From NCBI GenBank assembly GCA_963575745.1, contig CAUYUJ010000302.1, positions 62,001 through 115,652 of the forward strand: a stretch of 53,652 nucleotides of DNA, given 5' to 3'. The notes under the pieces were generated by a model that did not search any database, was not told the origin of the DNA, and saw only the letters and a program-made list of their open reading frames with translations. Numbering within the stretch: the first letter of the stretch is position 1; the number at the start of each line of letters is the position of its first letter. The DNA is from Prorocentrum cordatum. Lineage: Eukaryota. Positions 50,908 to 53,652 of the stretch are shown here, piece by piece. The position numbers and the translations under genes were made by a program.

Positions 50908-53081
50908 ATGATGATGTCGGGCGGCTGCGGCGGCGGGCTGCCTCCAGAAGGCGGTGGCGGCGGCAAGCGGCCTCGCGAGGAGCTGGGGGTACACGGGGTT
51001 AAGAAGAAGAAGAGAGTTAGAGAAGATAGAAGAGTAAGAAGAAGAAGGAAGGAAGAAGAAAAGGAGAAGACGAGAGAGATAAGAGAAGTAAGAAGAAGAG
51101 GAAGAAAGGAAGAAGAAGAAGTAAGAAGAAGGAAGAAGAGAAGAAGCAAGAAGAAGAAAGAAGGGGAAGAAGGAAGAAGAAAAAGGAAGAAAAAAGAAAA
51201 GAAGGCAAAAAAGAAGGGAAGAGAAGTAAGAAGGAAGTAAGAAAGAAGAGAGAAGAGGAACGAAAGAGGGAAGAAGAGAAGCACGGAGAAGGAGAAGAAG
51301 TAAAGAAAGAGAAACAAAAGAAGAAGGAAGGAAAGTAAAGAAGATAAGAGCAAAGAGAAGGGAAGAAGGGCGCCCCTTCCTGAAGGGGATCCGTTTACAG
51401 AGAAGGGGATCCGTTTACAGAGACCCCTGCCAGAGGGGATTATCGATAGAACCTCCCCTTCCTGAGGGGATTCATTCACAGAGACCCGTGACCCTTCCTG
51501 AAGGGATTGATTTACAGAGACACCCTGCAGGACGGGCACGCGCCTGTCTTTGAGGTCGAGGACGACGACAGCGAGGCGGATGAGGAATTCATGCTGGACT
51601 TCCAGGACCACAGGAAGCGGTACACCCGCTCGTCCCACCGCTTGTGGCTTCGCAAGATGAACTGCAAGAAGTGTTGGCAGTGCGGCAAACACACCTTCTT
51701 CTCGGTGTGCGTTGGCAAGACGTGCCAGGAACACCACGCGACCCCGTGGTTCCACGAGCACGGCGACCGCGACCGCAACGGGAGGAGGTGGAGGGGCGGC
51801 AAGAGCGAGGTCGCCAGAGCCAGGCAACGCAAGGGTGCAAGTGGTGGGGAGGGGGGAACCCTCAAACATTGAGGAATGAAGTTATGTCGGTTTGATGTTT
51901 TGATTTTCTCAAAATGTTTATCCTGGTCAGTTTTCTGCGCCTGCCAGGCACTGGCAGCGGAGGTGCGATGCCAGGGAGGCGGTCTTGGTCGGCCTGCTGC
52001 AGGACCGCACCCCCCCCCTCTGCCCCGCGCTGCCAAGAAGGGAGGGCCCCTGTTTGAGGGGATAAACGAGGGGGGACCGACTAAACGCAAGAAGAGGCCC
52101 CTCTCATGGGGGTGAGCTTACTTCGTCGTTCCCCGACAGGAGCAGCAGAACGAAACAGCAGCGCAGCCGCCGCCCCCGCAGGGGGGGCCAACGCCACCGA
52201 TCGGCCCGCCACCCGCAGCACTGTTAGCAGCAGCAGCGGCTGGACACCCCGCAGCAGCAGCAGCAGCAGCAGCACCGCCCGCAGCAGCAGCAGCAGCAGC
52301 GGCAGCACCTGCCGAAGCAATGCAGGTTGACGGATCCGACGACGGAGCCCGAGAGGGGGAGGAAGAAAGGGAGGATGAGGGCGAGGAGGAAGAGGGCATG
52401 GAGGAGGAAGCGGAGTCAGAGGAGCCTGATGAGCTGATGAGGCTAGAGGAAGAGCACGCAAGGCAGCATCGGAGGCTCTTGCGGGCATTGAATCGCACGG
52501 AGGCGGCGCAGAGGTGCGTCGAAAGGCACAAAGAGCGCCTTCGGCAGGAGCAGGAGCGCAGGGCAGAGCAGGAGATCATCCGCCTGAGGCGGGCGCAACA
52601 ACAGCAGAGGGACGCCGCGCTGAGGCGGGAGGCACAGGCCCGCCTGGAGCTGCAGAGGGCAGCAGAGGCCGCCGAAGCGCAGGCGAGGACGAGGCTGCCG
52701 GCTGCCGAAGCGGCCGCACGGAGGGCGGAAGAGGCGGCCAAGGCTGCCAAGGATGCGGAGGACGCAGCGCGGGCCAATGAGGAAGCGGAGCAGAAACAGA
52801 AACGAGAGGCAGAGGAGCGGCAGGCGGCAGAGACGGCAGCGCCAGAAGCGGCAACACCAGAGCAGCCAGAGACGGGCGCAGCAACGGCGGACGCAGCCAG
52901 GGCGGACGCGGAGAACGCAGACAACAAAAAGAAGGACCCCAAAGCAAAAAAAAGGCCCCGCGCGGACCAGGCGGGGGGCAGACCCTCGAAAGGGGGGAGG
53001 GGCGGCAACGACAAGGACAAAGACACTGAGAAGGACAAGGGCAATGGCAAGCGCCCGAAGGCGACCTCTAAGAGGGGCTAG
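50908..53081 (+). CDS. Spliced hypothetical protein with a Cys/His finger and a long E/R/A coiled coil
   Basis: Likely exons ~50908-50979, 51531-51833, possibly ~51948-52100, and 52140-53081. Motif CKKCWQCGKH...C...C..HH; acceptors ctgcag| and cgacag|. Confidence 0.55.
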
Positions 53082-53403
53082 GACCGCTTCTCCATCCTCC
53101 TGGTCACTCTTCCTCCTGCTCCTGCTTGTCGCCCGCCCTCCTCCTTGTCCATATCACTCTTGCTTCTGCTCTTCCTCCTTGTCAATCTTCCTCCTGCACC
53201 CCCATCCGCCCCAGGACGGCGCGCCCTGAGCCGCGGGGCGACCGCGTCGGCGACGGCGCCGACATCCATATACATTTGCGCGGCCTCTCGCGCCAGAATA
53301 GAGGCGGTACGGGTTAAGGGGGCTCTGATTGACTGTGGCCCCTTCATTGCAGGGGCGCGCGCGGCTGCCCCTGGCAGAGGGGGCGGGCGATCACGAAACC
53401 GAT

Positions 53404-53565
53404 TATCTTAAGGGGAAATTCTCTTTGGAGAATTCTCTTAAGAGAATTCCCTTAAGAGAATTCTCTTAAGAGAATTCTCTTAAGAGAATTGTGTGGATGT
53501 CTCAGGCAAAACCAACAATTCTCTTAAGAGAATTCTCGTCAGAGAATTCTCTTAAGAGAATCCCT
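53404..53565. repeat. Tandem palindromes ATTCTCTTAAGAGAAT
   Basis: About 9 exact or variant copies. Confidence 0.9.
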
Positions 53566-53652
53566 CTCAAGGTCGCTTGCAGTGCACCCCCCCTCGCTGC
53601 ATGGGGGCCAGACGAGTCCCGCTGAGGGGCGAAACGCCCCTGGCTGAGGGTG

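Overview
This is GC-rich eukaryotic genomic DNA, almost certainly from a dinoflagellate (inference). The basis is relict DinoSL spliced-leader copies, introns with mostly GC/GA donors in an AG|G context, and all credible genes lying on the + strand. The first ~31.4 kb is a block of uncharacterised genes: a partial DDE/hAT-like transposase with an HMG-box-like segment, a small intronless ORF, a 3-exon ~1115-aa Cys-finger/helical protein, and a hand-assembled 22-exon ~1350-aa protein. One intron of the 22-exon gene holds an intronless 469-aa ORF preceded by an 18/22 DinoSL relic, which reads as a nested retrogene. The block is punctuated by arrays of short palindromes and minisatellites. The middle of the window has a ~1.84-kb TG...CA inverted-repeat element and a 7-unit polyubiquitin gene with its own SL relic, flanked on both sides by arrays of one ~100-bp repeat family. 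The right end, after a (TA)n tract, has a CCCGGG satellite and two more spliced orphan genes separated by palindrome arrays. Most ORFs in the supplied track are low-complexity or antisense artefacts. Exon models were built by eye and no homology searches were run.
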